A stretch of 64,000 nt of DNA. Source: an uncultured Candidatus Entotheonella sp. GTDB taxonomy: Bacteria; Tectomicrobia; Entotheonellia; Entotheonellales; Entotheonellaceae. The notes beneath the pieces are model-generated. The model saw only the letters and a program-made list of their open reading frames with translations, ran no database searches and had not been told where the DNA came from. The stretch covers positions 1,856,001 to 1,920,000 of the forward strand of contig CBDCDA010000001.1 in NCBI GenBank assembly GCA_965215335.1, in the 5' to 3' direction. Positions 21,770 to 34,136 of the stretch are shown in pieces. How positions within the stretch are numbered: the stretch's first letter is position 1; each line of letters starts with the position of its first letter. The position numbers and the translations under genes are program-made.

Positions 21770-21953
21770 GCCAGCTTCCTTCTCGAGGGTGGAGCAAATC
21801 GTCTCGTGGCGTGAGGTGCGAATTATACCAGACAATCCCCGCCCGCATAGGGGCGATTTGCGCGCCCGCAGCGCCCCCGTTGCCCCACCGCAGGCGATGG
21901 AGTATCCTGCTGTTTTCGCCACGCCATATCGCACGAATCGGGGAGGAAAGAGG

Positions 21954-23597
21954 ATGAATACACTGCAGGCCGTTGCGCGACTTCTGAACGTGGAGGGCGT
22001 CGAGTGGGTGGCATGCTTCCCGTCCAACAATCTTATCGAAGAGGTGGCCCGGGAAGGCATCCGCACCATCATGTTTCGGCAGGAACGCGGCGCCATGATG
22101 GCCGCCGACGGTTACAGCCGCATGCACGACCGCAAAAAGTTCGGCGTGGTCATCACCCAGGGTGGCCCCGGCTCCGAGAACTCCATGGGCGGCCTGGCCC
22201 AGGCGTTCGGCGACAACGTGCCCATCCTCTACCTGCCCGGCGGCCCGGCGTTGAACCAGCACGACATTCGGCCCAATTTTTCCCCGGTGCGGACGTATCA
22301 GTCGGTATGCAAATACGGTGAGGTGCTCTGGAAGCCGGACATGGTCGGCAGCGTCATGCGGCGCGCCTTCCACCACCTGCGCAACGGGCGGTCGGGTCCG
22401 GTGATCGTCGAAATCCCCATGGACGTCGGCATCGGCGAGGTGCCCGATGCCGTGGTGCAGAATTACCAGCCGCCCAAGCGTCACCCGCAGGCGCCGTCCG
22501 CGGGCGACGTGAAGGATGCCGTCAAGCTGCTGCTGGGCGCCCGCAAGCCGCTCATCTGGTCCGGCATGGGCACGCTGATGTCGGAAGGCGCCGAAGAACT
22601 GCGGGAATTGGCCGAACTGACGGAAGTGCCGGTTTACTGCACCATGCCCGGCAAGTCCGGCTTCGACGAACGTCACCCGCTGGCCCTGGGCGCCGGTAGT
22701 TCCGCCACCGGCCTGCACGCGCGGCGCTGGATTCAGGAGTCCGACGTGCTGCTCGCCCTCGGCTCCAGCATGACTCGCACCAGCTACGGCCAGCCCGTCC
22801 CCGACGGCAAGACCCTCATCCACAACACCGAGAGCATCGAGGACGTCAACAAGGACTTTTCCGTTGCCGTCGGCCTGCCCGGCGATACCCGCCTCGCCAT
22901 CCGCCTGCTCATCGACGAAGTGAAGGGCCAGCTTGGGGAGAACGGCCGCAAGGGGCAGACCCAGGTGGCTGCCGAGATCGCCGAGGTGAAGCAACAATGG
23001 ATGTCCGAGTGGACCGACATCCTGCGTTCCGACGAGGTGCCGGTGACCGTCTACCGCATCATCGGTGAGCTGGAGCGCAATCTCGACAAAGACAACAGCA
23101 TCGTCACCCACGATGCCGGCACACCGCGCGATACCATCATGCCGTTCTACACGGCCACCGTGCCCCACAGCTACGTCGGCTGGGGCAAGACCACCCACCT
23201 CGGCTACGGCATCCCGCTGATGATCGGCACGAAGCTCGCCAAGCCCGACAAGTTCTGCCTCAACTTCATGGGCGACGGCGCCTTCGGCATGTCCGGCCTG
23301 GACATCGAAACGTCCGTCCGCGCGGCTGCCCCCATCACCACCATCGTGCTGAATAACGGCGACATGGCGACCTACCCCGGCGGCTACCCGACGGCGCGCG
23401 AGGTGTTCAACGTCACCGCCATGACCGGCGATTACGCCAAGATCGCCGAGGGCCTGGGCGCCACCGGCATCACCGTCACGCAGCCCGGCGAAGTGGCCGG
23501 CGCCCTGCACAAGGCGCAGCAACTCAACGCCGAGGGCCACACGGTGCTGCTGGACATCCATACCAACTTCGAGGCCCGCCGTTCGCGCTTCGATTAG
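21954..23597 (+). CDS. Thiamine pyrophosphate-dependent enzyme (acetolactate synthase-like family)
   Basis: RQER.A.MAADG, QGGPG, GDGAFGM...NN TPP motif. Confidence 0.9.
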   Translation: MNTLQAVARLLNVEGVEWVACFPSNNLIEEVAREGIRTIMFRQERGAMMAADGYSRMHDRKKFGVVITQGGPGSENSMGGLAQAFGDNVPILYLPGGPALNQHDIRPNFSPVRTYQSVCKYGEVLWKPDMVGSVMRRAFHHLRNGRSGPVIVEIPMDVGIGEVPDAVVQNYQPPKRHPQAPSAGDVKDAVKLLLGARKPLIWSGMGTLMSEGAEELRELAELTEVPVYCTMPGKSGFDERHPLALGAGSSATGLHARRWIQESDVLLALGSSMTRTSYGQPVPDGKTLIHNTESIEDVNKDFSVAVGLPGDTRLAIRLLIDEVKGQLGENGRKGQTQVAAEIAEVKQQWMSEWTDILRSDEVPVTVYRIIGELERNLDKDNSIVTHDAGTPRDTIMPFYTATVPHSYVGWGKTTHLGYGIPLMIGTKLAKPDKFCLNFMGDGAFGMSGLDIETSVRAAAPITTIVLNNGDMATYPGGYPTAREVFNVTAMTGDYAKIAEGLGATGITVTQPGEVAGALHKAQQLNAEGHTVLLDIHTNFEARRSRFD

Positions 23598-23660
23598 GAG
23601 CAGGCCCTGCCGACAAGAAGGCCGGCGGAACGCTCGGAAGACGTGGGGGGGAAGGCCCTG

Positions 23661-23752
23661 TTGACCCAGGAGCACGTCGCCACCGCTCAAGCGTTTCTCG
23701 ACAGATCTGACCGGGAGTCGATGCCGGTGACCGGCCACAGGCTTCCGAAAAG
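23661..23752 (+). pseudogene. PaREP1/HEPN-like gene remnant
   Basis: LTQEHVATAQAFLDRSDRE then, after a 1-nt shift, DAGDRPQASEK; truncated afterwards. Confidence 0.55.
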
Positions 23753-23860
23753 GACCCGACAGGCAACAGAACTCACCAAGAAGCAGGACCGGTTGGGGCA
23801 AAGCTTTCCGCCTCTCAAGCTCTTCGGCTTAGATATGACTCCCAAAAAACGCCCGCCCTC

Positions 23861-23889
23861 TTGCAAACGCCGGAGGAATTCAATAGGAT
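23861..23889 (+). promoter_or_regulatory. Sigma70-type promoter of groESL
   Basis: TTGCAA-17 nt-TAGGAT immediately before CIRCE. Confidence 0.7.
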
Positions 23890-23891
23890 TG

Positions 23892-23918
23892 TTAGCACTC
23901 GGTGCCTGCGAGTGCTAG
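23892..23918 (+). promoter_or_regulatory. CIRCE element (HrcA operator)
   Basis: TTAGCACTC-N9-GAGTGCTAG, one mismatch to the consensus, upstream of groES. Confidence 0.95.
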
Positions 23919-23980
23919 CACGCCGGAACGCTTAGGCGCCACACGTATTAATCACGACAACCAGACCGAAGGAGAGGGCT

Positions 23981-24268
23981 ATGGGCTTACGTCCCTTGCA
24001 CGACCGCATTTTGGTTCAGCGGTTGGACGAAGAAGAAGAGGTCCAGGGCGGCATCATCATCCCGGACACCGCGAAGGAGAAACCGCAGCAGGCCAGGGTC
24101 CTGGCGGCGGGTCCCGGTCGCGTCTCCGACGATGGCAAGGTGCAGGCCATGGACGTCAAAGAGGGTGACAAGGTCATCTTCGGCAAGTACGCCGGCACGG
24201 AGGTGAAGCTCGACGGTGAAGAGTACCTGATCATTCGCGAGGATGACGTCTTGGGCGTTTTGGAATAG
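23981..24268 (+). CDS. groES: Co-chaperonin GroES
   Basis: [23 protein letters not shown]. Confidence 0.99.
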   Translation: MGLRPLHDRILVQRLDEEEEVQGGIIIPDTAKEKPQQARVLAAGPGRVSDDGKVQAMDVKEGDKVIFGKYAGTEVKLDGEEYLIIREDDVLGVLE

Positions 24269-24294
24269 GTGCTGATACCCAACTAAGGAGGTAA

Positions 24295-25959
<1,665 letters not shown>

Positions 25960-25971
25960 TCCGCGATGCGG

Positions 25972-25999
25972 GCCGCCGGCACGCTTCGGTGCCGGCGGC
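25972..25999. terminator. Hairpin between convergent groEL and pdxT
   Basis: GCCGCCGGCAC-gcttcg-GTGCCGGCGGC, 11-bp perfect stem. Confidence 0.7.
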
Positions 26000-26007
26000 A
26001 ACGCCTT

Positions 26008-26595
26008 TTACGCCGCCGCGAGCATCTGCAGGAAGTATTGATGCACGCGGCGGTCTTGCGTGAGCTCGGGGTGGAAGGAGGATACGAGAACACTGCCCTG
26101 CCGAGCCAACACGACCTCGCCCCGGCACTCGGCTAAGGGCGTCACCCCGGGATTGACCCGGGCGATTTTCGGAGCGCGAATGAAGACCATCTCCAGGGGT
26201 TCGGCGCTCAGGTCGTCCGTCAGCGGCACTCCCAGCGCCAGAAAGCTGTCAATCTGCCTTCCGTAAGCGTTACGTCGCGCCACAATGTCAATGAATCCCA
26301 GACTCTCTTGAGACGGCAGGGTCTCCTGCGCCAGCAGGATGAGACCCGCACAGGTTCCGAAGATGGGTCGGCCTTGGGCGTGGAATTGCTCAAGAGCGGG
26401 CCGCATCGCCACCGGGGCCATAAGTTTGAGCAGCGTTGTGCTTTCCCCGCCTGGAATGATGATCCCCTGCATGTCGGCAAGGTCGGCTGGCTTCTTGACG
26501 AGCTTCGACTCGACGCCCAGTTCGTCAAGAACCTTTTCGTGGGCGGCGAAATCGCCTTGCAGGGCCAGGAGGCCAACACACGTCATCCGAATCAC
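26008..26595 (-). CDS. pdxT: PLP synthase glutaminase subunit
   Basis: LALQGDF, PGGESTT, GTCAG, FHPEL. Confidence 0.97.
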   Translation of the reverse strand: MIRMTCVGLLALQGDFAAHEKVLDELGVESKLVKKPADLADMQGIIIPGGESTTLLKLMAPVAMRPALEQFHAQGRPIFGTCAGLILLAQETLPSQESLGFIDIVARRNAYGRQIDSFLALGVPLTDDLSAEPLEMVFIRAPKIARVNPGVTPLAECRGEVVLARQGSVLVSSFHPELTQDRRVHQYFLQMLAAA

Positions 26596-27473
26596 CAGCC
26601 CCGTGTCTGTAACAACTCGCTGTCGTCCAGGCGACTGATATCAATCCCCACCATGGCCTCACCGAGGTCCTCGGACACGCGCGCCAGCAGGTCGGCGTCA
26701 AGGTAGTGCGTCGTCGCCTGCACGATGGCTTGGGCACGGCGTTGCGGGTCGCCCGACTTGAAGATACCCGAGCCCACGAAAACCGACTCGGCGCCGAGTT
26801 GCATCATGAGCGAGGCGTCGGCCGGCGTCGCCACCCCGCCGGCGGCAAAATTCGGCACGGGCAACTTGCCGGTTTGCGCCACCATCCTAACGAGCTCGTA
26901 GGGGGCTTCGAGGTCCTTCGCGGCCGCCATGAGCTCTTCATCACCCAGGGTCGTCAGTCTGCGGATGGCGCCCTGCACGGCACGCATGTGGCGTACGGCC
27001 TCGACGACGTTGCCGGAGCCCGCCTCCCCCTTGGTGCGGATCATGGCCGCACCCTCGGCGATGCGCCGCAGCGCCTCACCGAGATTGCGCGCCCCACAGA
27101 CAAAGGGAACGCGAAACGCAAATTTGTCGATATGATGGTTCTCATCCGCCGGCGTCAGCACTTCGCTCTCGTCAACGTAGTCGACCCCCAAAGCCTGCAA
27201 AATCTGGGCTTCCGCAAAGTGCCCGATGCGCGTCTTGGCCATCACAGGAATCGACACCGCCGCCATGATTTCGCGGATTTTCGTAGGATCGGCCATACGC
27301 GCGATACCGCCTTGTGCCCGGATATCCGCCGGTACACGCTCCAACGCCATGACGGCTACCCCACCCGCATCTTCAGCGATCTTGGCCTGATCGGCAGTGG
27401 TGACGTCCATGATGACGCCCCCCTTGAGCATCTCCGCCAAGCCCGTCTTCAAGGTGAACTGTGTCTCGGTCAT
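26592..27473 (-). CDS. pdxS: PLP synthase lyase subunit
   Basis: [27 protein letters not shown]. Confidence 0.98.
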   Translation of the reverse strand: MTETQFTLKTGLAEMLKGGVIMDVTTADQAKIAEDAGGVAVMALERVPADIRAQGGIARMADPTKIREIMAAVSIPVMAKTRIGHFAEAQILQALGVDYVDESEVLTPADENHHIDKFAFRVPFVCGARNLGEALRRIAEGAAMIRTKGEAGSGNVVEAVRHMRAVQGAIRRLTTLGDEELMAAAKDLEAPYELVRMVAQTGKLPVPNFAAGGVATPADASLMMQLGAESVFVGSGIFKSGDPQRRAQAIVQATTHYLDADLLARVSEDLGEAMVGIDISRLDDSELLQTRGW

Positions 27474-27685
27474 ATCCCACGTCTCCTTCATCCACCATCG
27501 GCGTTGTACCAACGCCCCTGCGGCCACGTGTCTTTCCCATTAACGATAGGTGAGCAACAAACGCATCATAAGGCACACTATAACGTTTGACAGGGTTCGT
27601 TTCCAGACCGGGCGGCTTGCCCGGCCTGGCGCCACCTGGATATAGTGAGGCATCTTTTTCCGACCTTGGGTCATGACCCCCGCAG

Positions 27686-28903
27686 GTGAGCACCATGATC
27701 AGTTACACACAGTCCGTGCAGACCATCATCCGCAACCTGCCACAACCGCTGCAGGAGGAGCGATTGGCGCTGACGGCGGCCAGCCAGCGCATTCTGAGCC
27801 GGGCCTTGATCGCACCGCACGACATGCCGCCGTTTGATCAATCCCTGATGGACGGCTACGCATTGCGGAGCCGCGATACCCGCGCAGCCGCCCCCGAGCA
27901 TCCCGCGCGCCTGACGCTGGGAGAAACGCTCACCGCCGGGGAGTACCTGGAGCAGCCGCTGAAGCCGCGGCAGGCGGTTCGCATCATGACCGGGGCGCCA
28001 ATACCGCCTGGCGCCGATGCCGTCTTGAAGATGGAAGAAAGCGAGGTCGAGGGCAATGATCTGTTCGTCCGGCAGCCCCTTGGCAGGTGGGCAAACGTCC
28101 AGCGGCGCGGCGATGAGATTCGGCGCCACAGGGTCGTACTGCCCCGGGGAGAGCGCCTGACACCGCAGCGAATCGGCACGGCGTTGGCCCTCGGTCTCGC
28201 TGGCGTCGATGTCATGCAACGCCCACGCTTGGCGCTGGTGGCGCCCGGCGACGAGCTGCTGCCGCCCGGGGCGGCGTGGCAGCCAGCCAAGAAATGGTGC
28301 AGCAACTTGTACGCCCTGGAGCTGCGAGCGCGGGAGTTGGGCTGTGCCAGCGTCAACCTGGGCATCGTGCCGGACACCCTCGGCGGCCTGACGGAGGCAT
28401 TACGGCGCGGGCTGGAAAACGCCATCGTCGTGATTCTCGGCGCCTCGGGACGCGGCCAGCATGATTTTGCCGCGCGTGCCATGACCACCGTCGGGGCCGA
28501 CATCCTGTTTCGCGGCGTTGCCGCCAATCCGGGCCGTGGCGTCACCGTTGCGCGCCACCGGCAGACGCTCGTCATGGGCCTTCCCGGCTCGCCTTGGGGC
28601 TCCTTCGTCGGTTTTGAAACCTTTGTGCGGCCCGCCATCCGAACGCTGTTGGGCCAGCACCCCATTCCCCGCGGGCTCACGGCCACCGTCAGGACCCCGG
28701 TGCAGGTGCGCCCCGGTACGACGCATTTTTTCCCCTGCCGTCTGCAGCCCGGCCCCGAGGGCTGGCAAGCCACACTCCTCGACAATTTGCTCGACCTCTC
28801 ACGAGCCGATTCCCAGCCCCTTGGATTGCTGGTTATGCCGCCGTATCGGCGACTTCTGCGAGTCGGTTCAAGGGCACGAATCCAGCCCCTCACGATGGCC
28901 TGA
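27686..28903 (+). CDS. moeA: Molybdopterin molybdotransferase MoeA-like (divergent)
   Basis: PPFDQSLMDGYA, RIMTGAPIP.GAD, GDEL, GLPG. Confidence 0.85.
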   Translation: MSTMISYTQSVQTIIRNLPQPLQEERLALTAASQRILSRALIAPHDMPPFDQSLMDGYALRSRDTRAAAPEHPARLTLGETLTAGEYLEQPLKPRQAVRIMTGAPIPPGADAVLKMEESEVEGNDLFVRQPLGRWANVQRRGDEIRRHRVVLPRGERLTPQRIGTALALGLAGVDVMQRPRLALVAPGDELLPPGAAWQPAKKWCSNLYALELRARELGCASVNLGIVPDTLGGLTEALRRGLENAIVVILGASGRGQHDFAARAMTTVGADILFRGVAANPGRGVTVARHRQTLVMGLPGSPWGSFVGFETFVRPAIRTLLGQHPIPRGLTATVRTPVQVRPGTTHFFPCRLQPGPEGWQATLLDNLLDLSRADSQPLGLLVMPPYRRLLRVGSRARIQPLTMA

Positions 28904-28935
28904 TCCGACATTTATTGCAATTTGCAAATTTTAGC

Positions 28936-28964
28936 TTGCACGATATTTTCGTTGCGCATATTCT
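28936..28964 (+). promoter_or_regulatory. Putative sigma70 promoter of nrdJ
   Basis: TTGCAC-17 nt-TATTCT in an AT-rich intergenic region. Confidence 0.55.
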
Positions 28965-29044
28965 ATCCGGCATGCCTGCCCCGGCAAGGCCAGACCGTAC
29001 CCGCCAGTGATCCATAAATGATTGATTTATAAAGGGATAATTCA

Positions 29045-31816
29045 GTGAGCAGAGCTCCCGGTCCCACCACTACCCTTCCCGCCCCCGACCCGACTTCCGC
29101 CGGGAACTCGACGCCTGCAAACGCCACGCCGGGCCTGTCGATGCAGCGCTACTTCACCCGTCCCGACGTGCACCCTTACGACGCCGTGGCGTGGGAAAAT
29201 CGCCACGCTGTGATCACCGGCGAAAATGGGCGTGCGGTGTTCGAACAGCGTGGCGCGGAGTTCCCCGCAACCTGGTCACAGTTGGCAACCAATGTGGTGG
29301 CCTCGAAGTACTTCCGCGGGCCACTCGATTCCCCCCGGCGCGAACGCTCAGTACGCCAGGTGCTCGACCGGGTCGTGCGCGCCATCACCACCTGGGGCGA
29401 TGGCGACGGGTACTTTGCCAGCAAACAGGATGCGGAAATTTTTGCGGACGAACTGACCCACGTCCTGCTGCACCAGAAAGCGTCGTTCAATTCGCCGGTG
29501 TGGTTCAACATCGGGGTGGAGGGCAGGCCGCCGCAGGCAAGCGCCTGCTTCATCATTTCGGTGCACGACGACATGCACGCCATCCTGGACTGGTACCGGC
29601 AGGAGGGCGTCATTTTCAAAGGCGGTTCGGGGTCAGGCGTCAATCTCTCTCGCCTTCGGGCCACCGGCGAACCCCTCTCGGCTGGCGGCACGGCCTCCGG
29701 CCCGCTGTCCTTCATGCGGGCCGCGGACGCCTCCGCCGGCGCCATCAAATCCGGCGGCACGACGCGGCGCAGCGCCAAAATGGTGCTGCTCGACGCCGAC
29801 CACCCCGACATCGAAGCCTTCATCCGCTGCAAGGCCGTTGAGGAAAAAAAGGCCCACGCGCTCATCGACGCCGGGTACGACGCTTCCCTCGACGGCGACG
29901 CCTACGGCACCGTCAGCTTCCAAAACGCCAACAACTCGGTGCGGGTTTCCAATGCGTTCATGCGCGCGGTGGTCGAGGACGACGCGTGGCAGACCCGCTA
30001 CCGCATCTCCGGTGAGCCCGCCAAGACCTATCGGGCCCGCGACCTGCTGCGGCAGATCGCCGAGGCGACCTGGGCCTGCGGCGACCCCGGCATTCAGTTC
30101 GACGACACGATCAATGGCTGGCACACGTGCCCCGCCGCCGGGCGTCAGGAAGCCACGAACCCGTGTGCGGAGTACTGCTGGATCAACGACAGTGCCTGCA
30201 ACCTCGCCTCGCTCAACCTGATGCAGTTCCTCGATGATGACGGGACGTTCGACGTCGGCGCCTTCCGCCACACCGTGCACGTGATGATCCTGGCGCAGGA
30301 AATCCTCGTCGGCCGCGCCAGCTACCCCACCCCGGCCATCGAGCGCAACAGCCACGACTACCGCACCCTGGGACTCGGATACGCCAACCTCGGGGCGCTG
30401 CTCATGGCCCGCGGCTTGCCCTACGACTCGGACGCGGGCCGCGCCTATGCGGCCACCCTCACCGCCCTGATGACCGGTCAGGCGTACCTGACCAGCTCCC
30501 AGATTGCCGCTGCGCAGGGGCCCTTTGCCGGCTACGCAGACAACCGCAAGTCCATGCTGCAGGTGATTCGGAAGCATCAGGAGAACTGCCTGGGCATGCA
30601 GCATGAATCCGTCCCGCAGCCGCTGCAGGAAGCCGCGCAGCAGGTGTGGAGCGCGTGCTGCGTCCACGGCAAGCAACACGGCTACCGCAACGCACAGGTG
30701 ACCCTATTGGCACCCACCGGCACCATCGCGTTCATGATGGACTGCGACACCACCGGCATCGAGCCCGATCTGGCGCTGGTGAAATACAAGAAACTCGTCG
30801 GCGGCGGCGGGCTGAAGATCGTCAATAACACGGTGCCGCGCGCCCTGACCCACCTCGGCTACACGCCGCAGCAGATCGACAACCTCGTGCAATACATCGA
30901 CGAACACGGCACCCTCGAGGGCGCACCCGACCTCCAGGACGACCATCTGCCGGTCTTCGACTGCGCCTTTCCCGCCATGCCTGGAGGCCGCTCGATTCAT
31001 TACGGCGGGCACCTGCGCATGGTGGCGGCGGTGCAGCCGTTCCTGTCGGGGTCGGTGTCGAAGACGATCAACGTGCCCAATCAGGCCACGGTTGCCGATA
31101 TCGAGCAGGCGTACATCGACGCCTGGGGCCTCGGTCTCAAGTGCGTCGCCATCTATCGTGACGGCTGCAAGCGCACCCAGCCGCTCAATGCCAAGGCGGC
31201 GGAATCGGAGACCCAGGTGGCACCGAGCAAACCCATGCGTCGGCGGTTGCCGGATGAGCGCCCGGCCATCACCCACAAGTTCTCGATTGCGGGACATGAA
31301 GGCTATATCACGGTTGGCATGTTCGAGGACGGGACACCCGGCGAGATTTTCCTGGTCATGGCCAAGGAAGGCAGCACCATCTCCGGGCTGATGGATGCCT
31401 TTGCCACGTCGATTTCATTGGCTTTTCAATACGGCGTGCCGCTGCGGGCGTTGATCGACAAGTTCAGCCACATGCGTTTCGAGCCTGCCGGATTCACCCA
31501 CAATACCGAGATCCCCATCGCCAAGTCGGTCATGGACTACATCTTCCGCTGGCTGGCCTCTAAATTCCTCGATCAGGAAGAACGCGCCCGAATCGGCGTT
31601 CTCGACCGGGACGGCGTGGAGCAGATTGCCGAACCGGTGACGCCCAAGGAGGCAAAGAACGGCCATTACACGCCCTTGGGGACCACCGAGGAGCCCTACT
31701 ATTACTTCCGGTTGCAGGAAGATGCCCCCCCATGCGCCGACTGCGGCATCCTGATGACCCGCAATGGCACGTGCTACAAGTGTCCCAACTGCGGCGCTAC
31801 CAGCGGGTGTTCGTAA
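29045..31816 (+). CDS. nrdJ: Vitamin B12-dependent (class II) ribonucleotide reductase
   Basis: FNSPVWFN, SACFI, TNPCAE, APTGT, YRDG, TSCPD domain, C-terminal CxxC..CxxC..GCS. Confidence 0.96.
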   Translation: MSRAPGPTTTLPAPDPTSAGNSTPANATPGLSMQRYFTRPDVHPYDAVAWENRHAVITGENGRAVFEQRGAEFPATWSQLATNVVASKYFRGPLDSPRRERSVRQVLDRVVRAITTWGDGDGYFASKQDAEIFADELTHVLLHQKASFNSPVWFNIGVEGRPPQASACFIISVHDDMHAILDWYRQEGVIFKGGSGSGVNLSRLRATGEPLSAGGTASGPLSFMRAADASAGAIKSGGTTRRSAKMVLLDADHPDIEAFIRCKAVEEKKAHALIDAGYDASLDGDAYGTVSFQNANNSVRVSNAFMRAVVEDDAWQTRYRISGEPAKTYRARDLLRQIAEATWACGDPGIQFDDTINGWHTCPAAGRQEATNPCAEYCWINDSACNLASLNLMQFLDDDGTFDVGAFRHTVHVMILAQEILVGRASYPTPAIERNSHDYRTLGLGYANLGALLMARGLPYDSDAGRAYAATLTALMTGQAYLTSSQIAAAQGPFAGYADNRKSMLQVIRKHQENCLGMQHESVPQPLQEAAQQVWSACCVHGKQHGYRNAQVTLLAPTGTIAFMMDCDTTGIEPDLALVKYKKLVGGGGLKIVNNTVPRALTHLGYTPQQIDNLVQYIDEHGTLEGAPDLQDDHLPVFDCAFPAMPGGRSIHYGGHLRMVAAVQPFLSGSVSKTINVPNQATVADIEQAYIDAWGLGLKCVAIYRDGCKRTQPLNAKAAESETQVAPSKPMRRRLPDERPAITHKFSIAGHEGYITVGMFEDGTPGEIFLVMAKEGSTISGLMDAFATSISLAFQYGVPLRALIDKFSHMRFEPAGFTHNTEIPIAKSVMDYIFRWLASKFLDQEERARIGVLDRDGVEQIAEPVTPKEAKNGHYTPLGTTEEPYYYFRLQEDAPPCADCGILMTRNGTCYKCPNCGATSGCS

Positions 31817-31908
31817 TTGAATATGGGTTTGCCGTACAATACAAGATTGTTGAGCGATGTTACGCGGCCTTGAGAAATTGGCGTTGCGACGTTTGTCCCA
31901 AAGGGCCC

Positions 31909-31983
31909 TTCCCGCGACAGCGGGAATCCACTGCCTACCGGAGCCTGCCCCGGACCTGATCCGGGGTCAAGCCCGGCATGGCG
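31909..31983. repeat. REP-like palindromic element
   Basis: TTCCCGCgacaGCGGGAATCC followed by CCCCGGAcctgaTCCGGGG. Confidence 0.6.
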
Positions 31984-32158
31984 TGCAGGCGACAACCGGA
32001 AGAGACACTTCAAGATGGGTTCACGAGTTGCCAAGTGCGTAACGTCACTTGTTGGCATGGCATCGTGAAAACGACTATCGACGTTCATGAACGAACTGCG
32101 ATCGGGCTGTCGAGTGATCGCCGTCGACGCCAAATAACGGACAGGTGGCGGAGGAACC

Positions 32159-34066
32159 ATGCCAGGCATCCGGCAGAAACGATCGCTGCAGTATGGCCTG
32201 TGGCCAAGCCCTGTTGCGCCGCAGAGTCTGGCGGAAGGGTTGCGGCTGTCGGAGGTGGCGTGGGACAGCGACGGGGAGACCCTGGTGTGGCTGGAGGGGC
32301 GCTCGGACCGCGGGGTGCTGGTGTGCCTGCCGGCGGGCGAGGAAGCGCCACGGGATTTGACGATGCTGCCCGTGCGGGCGCGGGTCGGCTACGGGGGCGG
32401 CGACTTTGGCGTGGCAGGCGGCCATGTCTATTTCAGCGAGGCGAGTGGGCGGCTGTACCGGCAATCCCTGGCCGGCGGGCCTGCGCAGCCGCTGACACCG
32501 GCGTTCGGTTACGCCGCGTCACCGACGGTGTCGTCGGACCGGCGCTGGGTGGTCTTCGTTCACACATACGAGGACGTGGATTGCCTGGCGATCGTGGATG
32601 CCGATGGTCAGGTGTGGCCGCAGAAATTGGCAGTGGGCGCGGATTTTTACATGCAGCCGTGCTGGCACCCGCGGGGAGACAGGATCTCCTGGGTGGAGTG
32701 GAATCATCCGCAGATGCCGTGGGAGGGCTCGCTGCTCAAGATGGCCGCGGTGCAATCCGGCAGCGACGGCGTTCCCCGGCTGGGGGACGTGCAAACGCTG
32801 GCCGGAGGCGAAACGACGGCTGTCTTTCAACCCGCATTTTCGCCGGACGGCCGCAGCCTGGCCTACGTGTCCAACGCGACGGGCTGGAGCAATCTCTACC
32901 TGTACGACCTGCCTGACGACCGTCATCGCATGCTGACAGCCGATGGCGCCGAGGTGGGGCAACCGGCCTGGCAGCAGGGCACCCGCACGTACGGTTTTTC
33001 GTCCGCTGGCAGCGCGTTGTACTACATGCGCAACGAAGCCGGCTTCAGGCGGCTTTGGCGCTACGACCTGCAACGCGACACGGCAACCGACCAGCACGGC
33101 GGATTGGAGACATACACGTATCTCGAACAACCGGCCCTGTCCCCAACCCGCGACATGCTGGCGTGCATTGCCTCGTCCAGCACGCTGCCGGCGCGTATCG
33201 TCACCCTGCCCCTCGACAATCCCCAAACCGCCCGCATACGCAAGCGCAGCGCCCCGGAAAGCGTTCCCGAGCAGGAATTCTCGCGGCCACGAGCGGTGTC
33301 GTGGCCGACGACCGGCGGCGTAACGGTGCACGGCCTCTTCTATCCACCGAGCAGCATGCGTTTTCAGGGCATCGGCCTGCCGCCCGCGGTCATCTCCATC
33401 CACGGCGGCCCCACTTCGCAGGCGGTGGCCAACTTTCACCCGGCGACGCAGTATTTCACCACGCGCGGTTATGCCGTGTTGCAGGTCAATTACCGCGGCA
33501 GCACGGGCTACGGGCGGGATTACGCCGACGCGCTGCGCGGCACCTGGGGCGTCTACGATGTCGAAGACGCGGCCAGCGGAGCGAGCTATTGCGTCGAACA
33601 GGGATGGGTGGACGGCGACAAACTGGTCATTATGGGTGGCAGCGCCGGGGGTTATACGGTTTTGCAGGCGCTGGTGAGCCGTGCCGGTTTTTTCAAGGCC
33701 GGCATCAGCATGTACGGCATCTCGGACCTGTTCGCCCTGGCGGCCACGACCCACAAGTTCGAGGCGCATTACCTCGACCAGTTGATCGGCCCACTACCGC
33801 AAGCGGCCGGCTTGTATCGCGAACGCTCGCCCCTGTTCGCCGCCGACGCCATTCGCGATCCCGTGGCGGTGTTTCAAGGTGAGATCGATCAGGTGGTGCC
33901 CAAGGCGCAGGCCGATGCCATCGTCGCCTCCATGGTGAGCCGCGGCGTGCCGCACGTTTACCATGTCTACGCCGGCGAGGGGCACGGCTGGCGCAAGACC
34001 GAAACCATCGCACATTTCTACGGGGCGGTAGAGGCCTTTCTCCGCCAGCACGTTCTGTCTACGTGA
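32159..34066 (+). CDS. S9 family prolyl oligopeptidase / acylaminoacyl peptidase
   Basis: Beta-propeller N-terminus; HGGP, NYRGSTGYG, GGSAGG, GEGHG. Confidence 0.94.
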   Translation: MPGIRQKRSLQYGLWPSPVAPQSLAEGLRLSEVAWDSDGETLVWLEGRSDRGVLVCLPAGEEAPRDLTMLPVRARVGYGGGDFGVAGGHVYFSEASGRLYRQSLAGGPAQPLTPAFGYAASPTVSSDRRWVVFVHTYEDVDCLAIVDADGQVWPQKLAVGADFYMQPCWHPRGDRISWVEWNHPQMPWEGSLLKMAAVQSGSDGVPRLGDVQTLAGGETTAVFQPAFSPDGRSLAYVSNATGWSNLYLYDLPDDRHRMLTADGAEVGQPAWQQGTRTYGFSSAGSALYYMRNEAGFRRLWRYDLQRDTATDQHGGLETYTYLEQPALSPTRDMLACIASSSTLPARIVTLPLDNPQTARIRKRSAPESVPEQEFSRPRAVSWPTTGGVTVHGLFYPPSSMRFQGIGLPPAVISIHGGPTSQAVANFHPATQYFTTRGYAVLQVNYRGSTGYGRDYADALRGTWGVYDVEDAASGASYCVEQGWVDGDKLVIMGGSAGGYTVLQALVSRAGFFKAGISMYGISDLFALAATTHKFEAHYLDQLIGPLPQAAGLYRERSPLFAADAIRDPVAVFQGEIDQVVPKAQADAIVASMVSRGVPHVYHVYAGEGHGWRKTETIAHFYGAVEAFLRQHVLST

Positions 34067-34136
34067 GCCACAGCCCGCGGGCCGGGAACCCCCCATGCAC
34101 GGCAGCATCCGCCATTCTCACGACGATTCGGTAGCC

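Noticed and set aside
21276..23801. 841-aa minus-strand ORF
   Set aside because: Mostly antisense to the TPP enzyme and out of frame with DUF1800; no motifs
28938..28953. NrdR box upstream of nrdJ
   Set aside because: Only a partial match to the consensus, with no clear second box
29045..31816. Intein or intron in nrdJ
   Set aside because: Normal length and continuous motifs; no splice motifs seen
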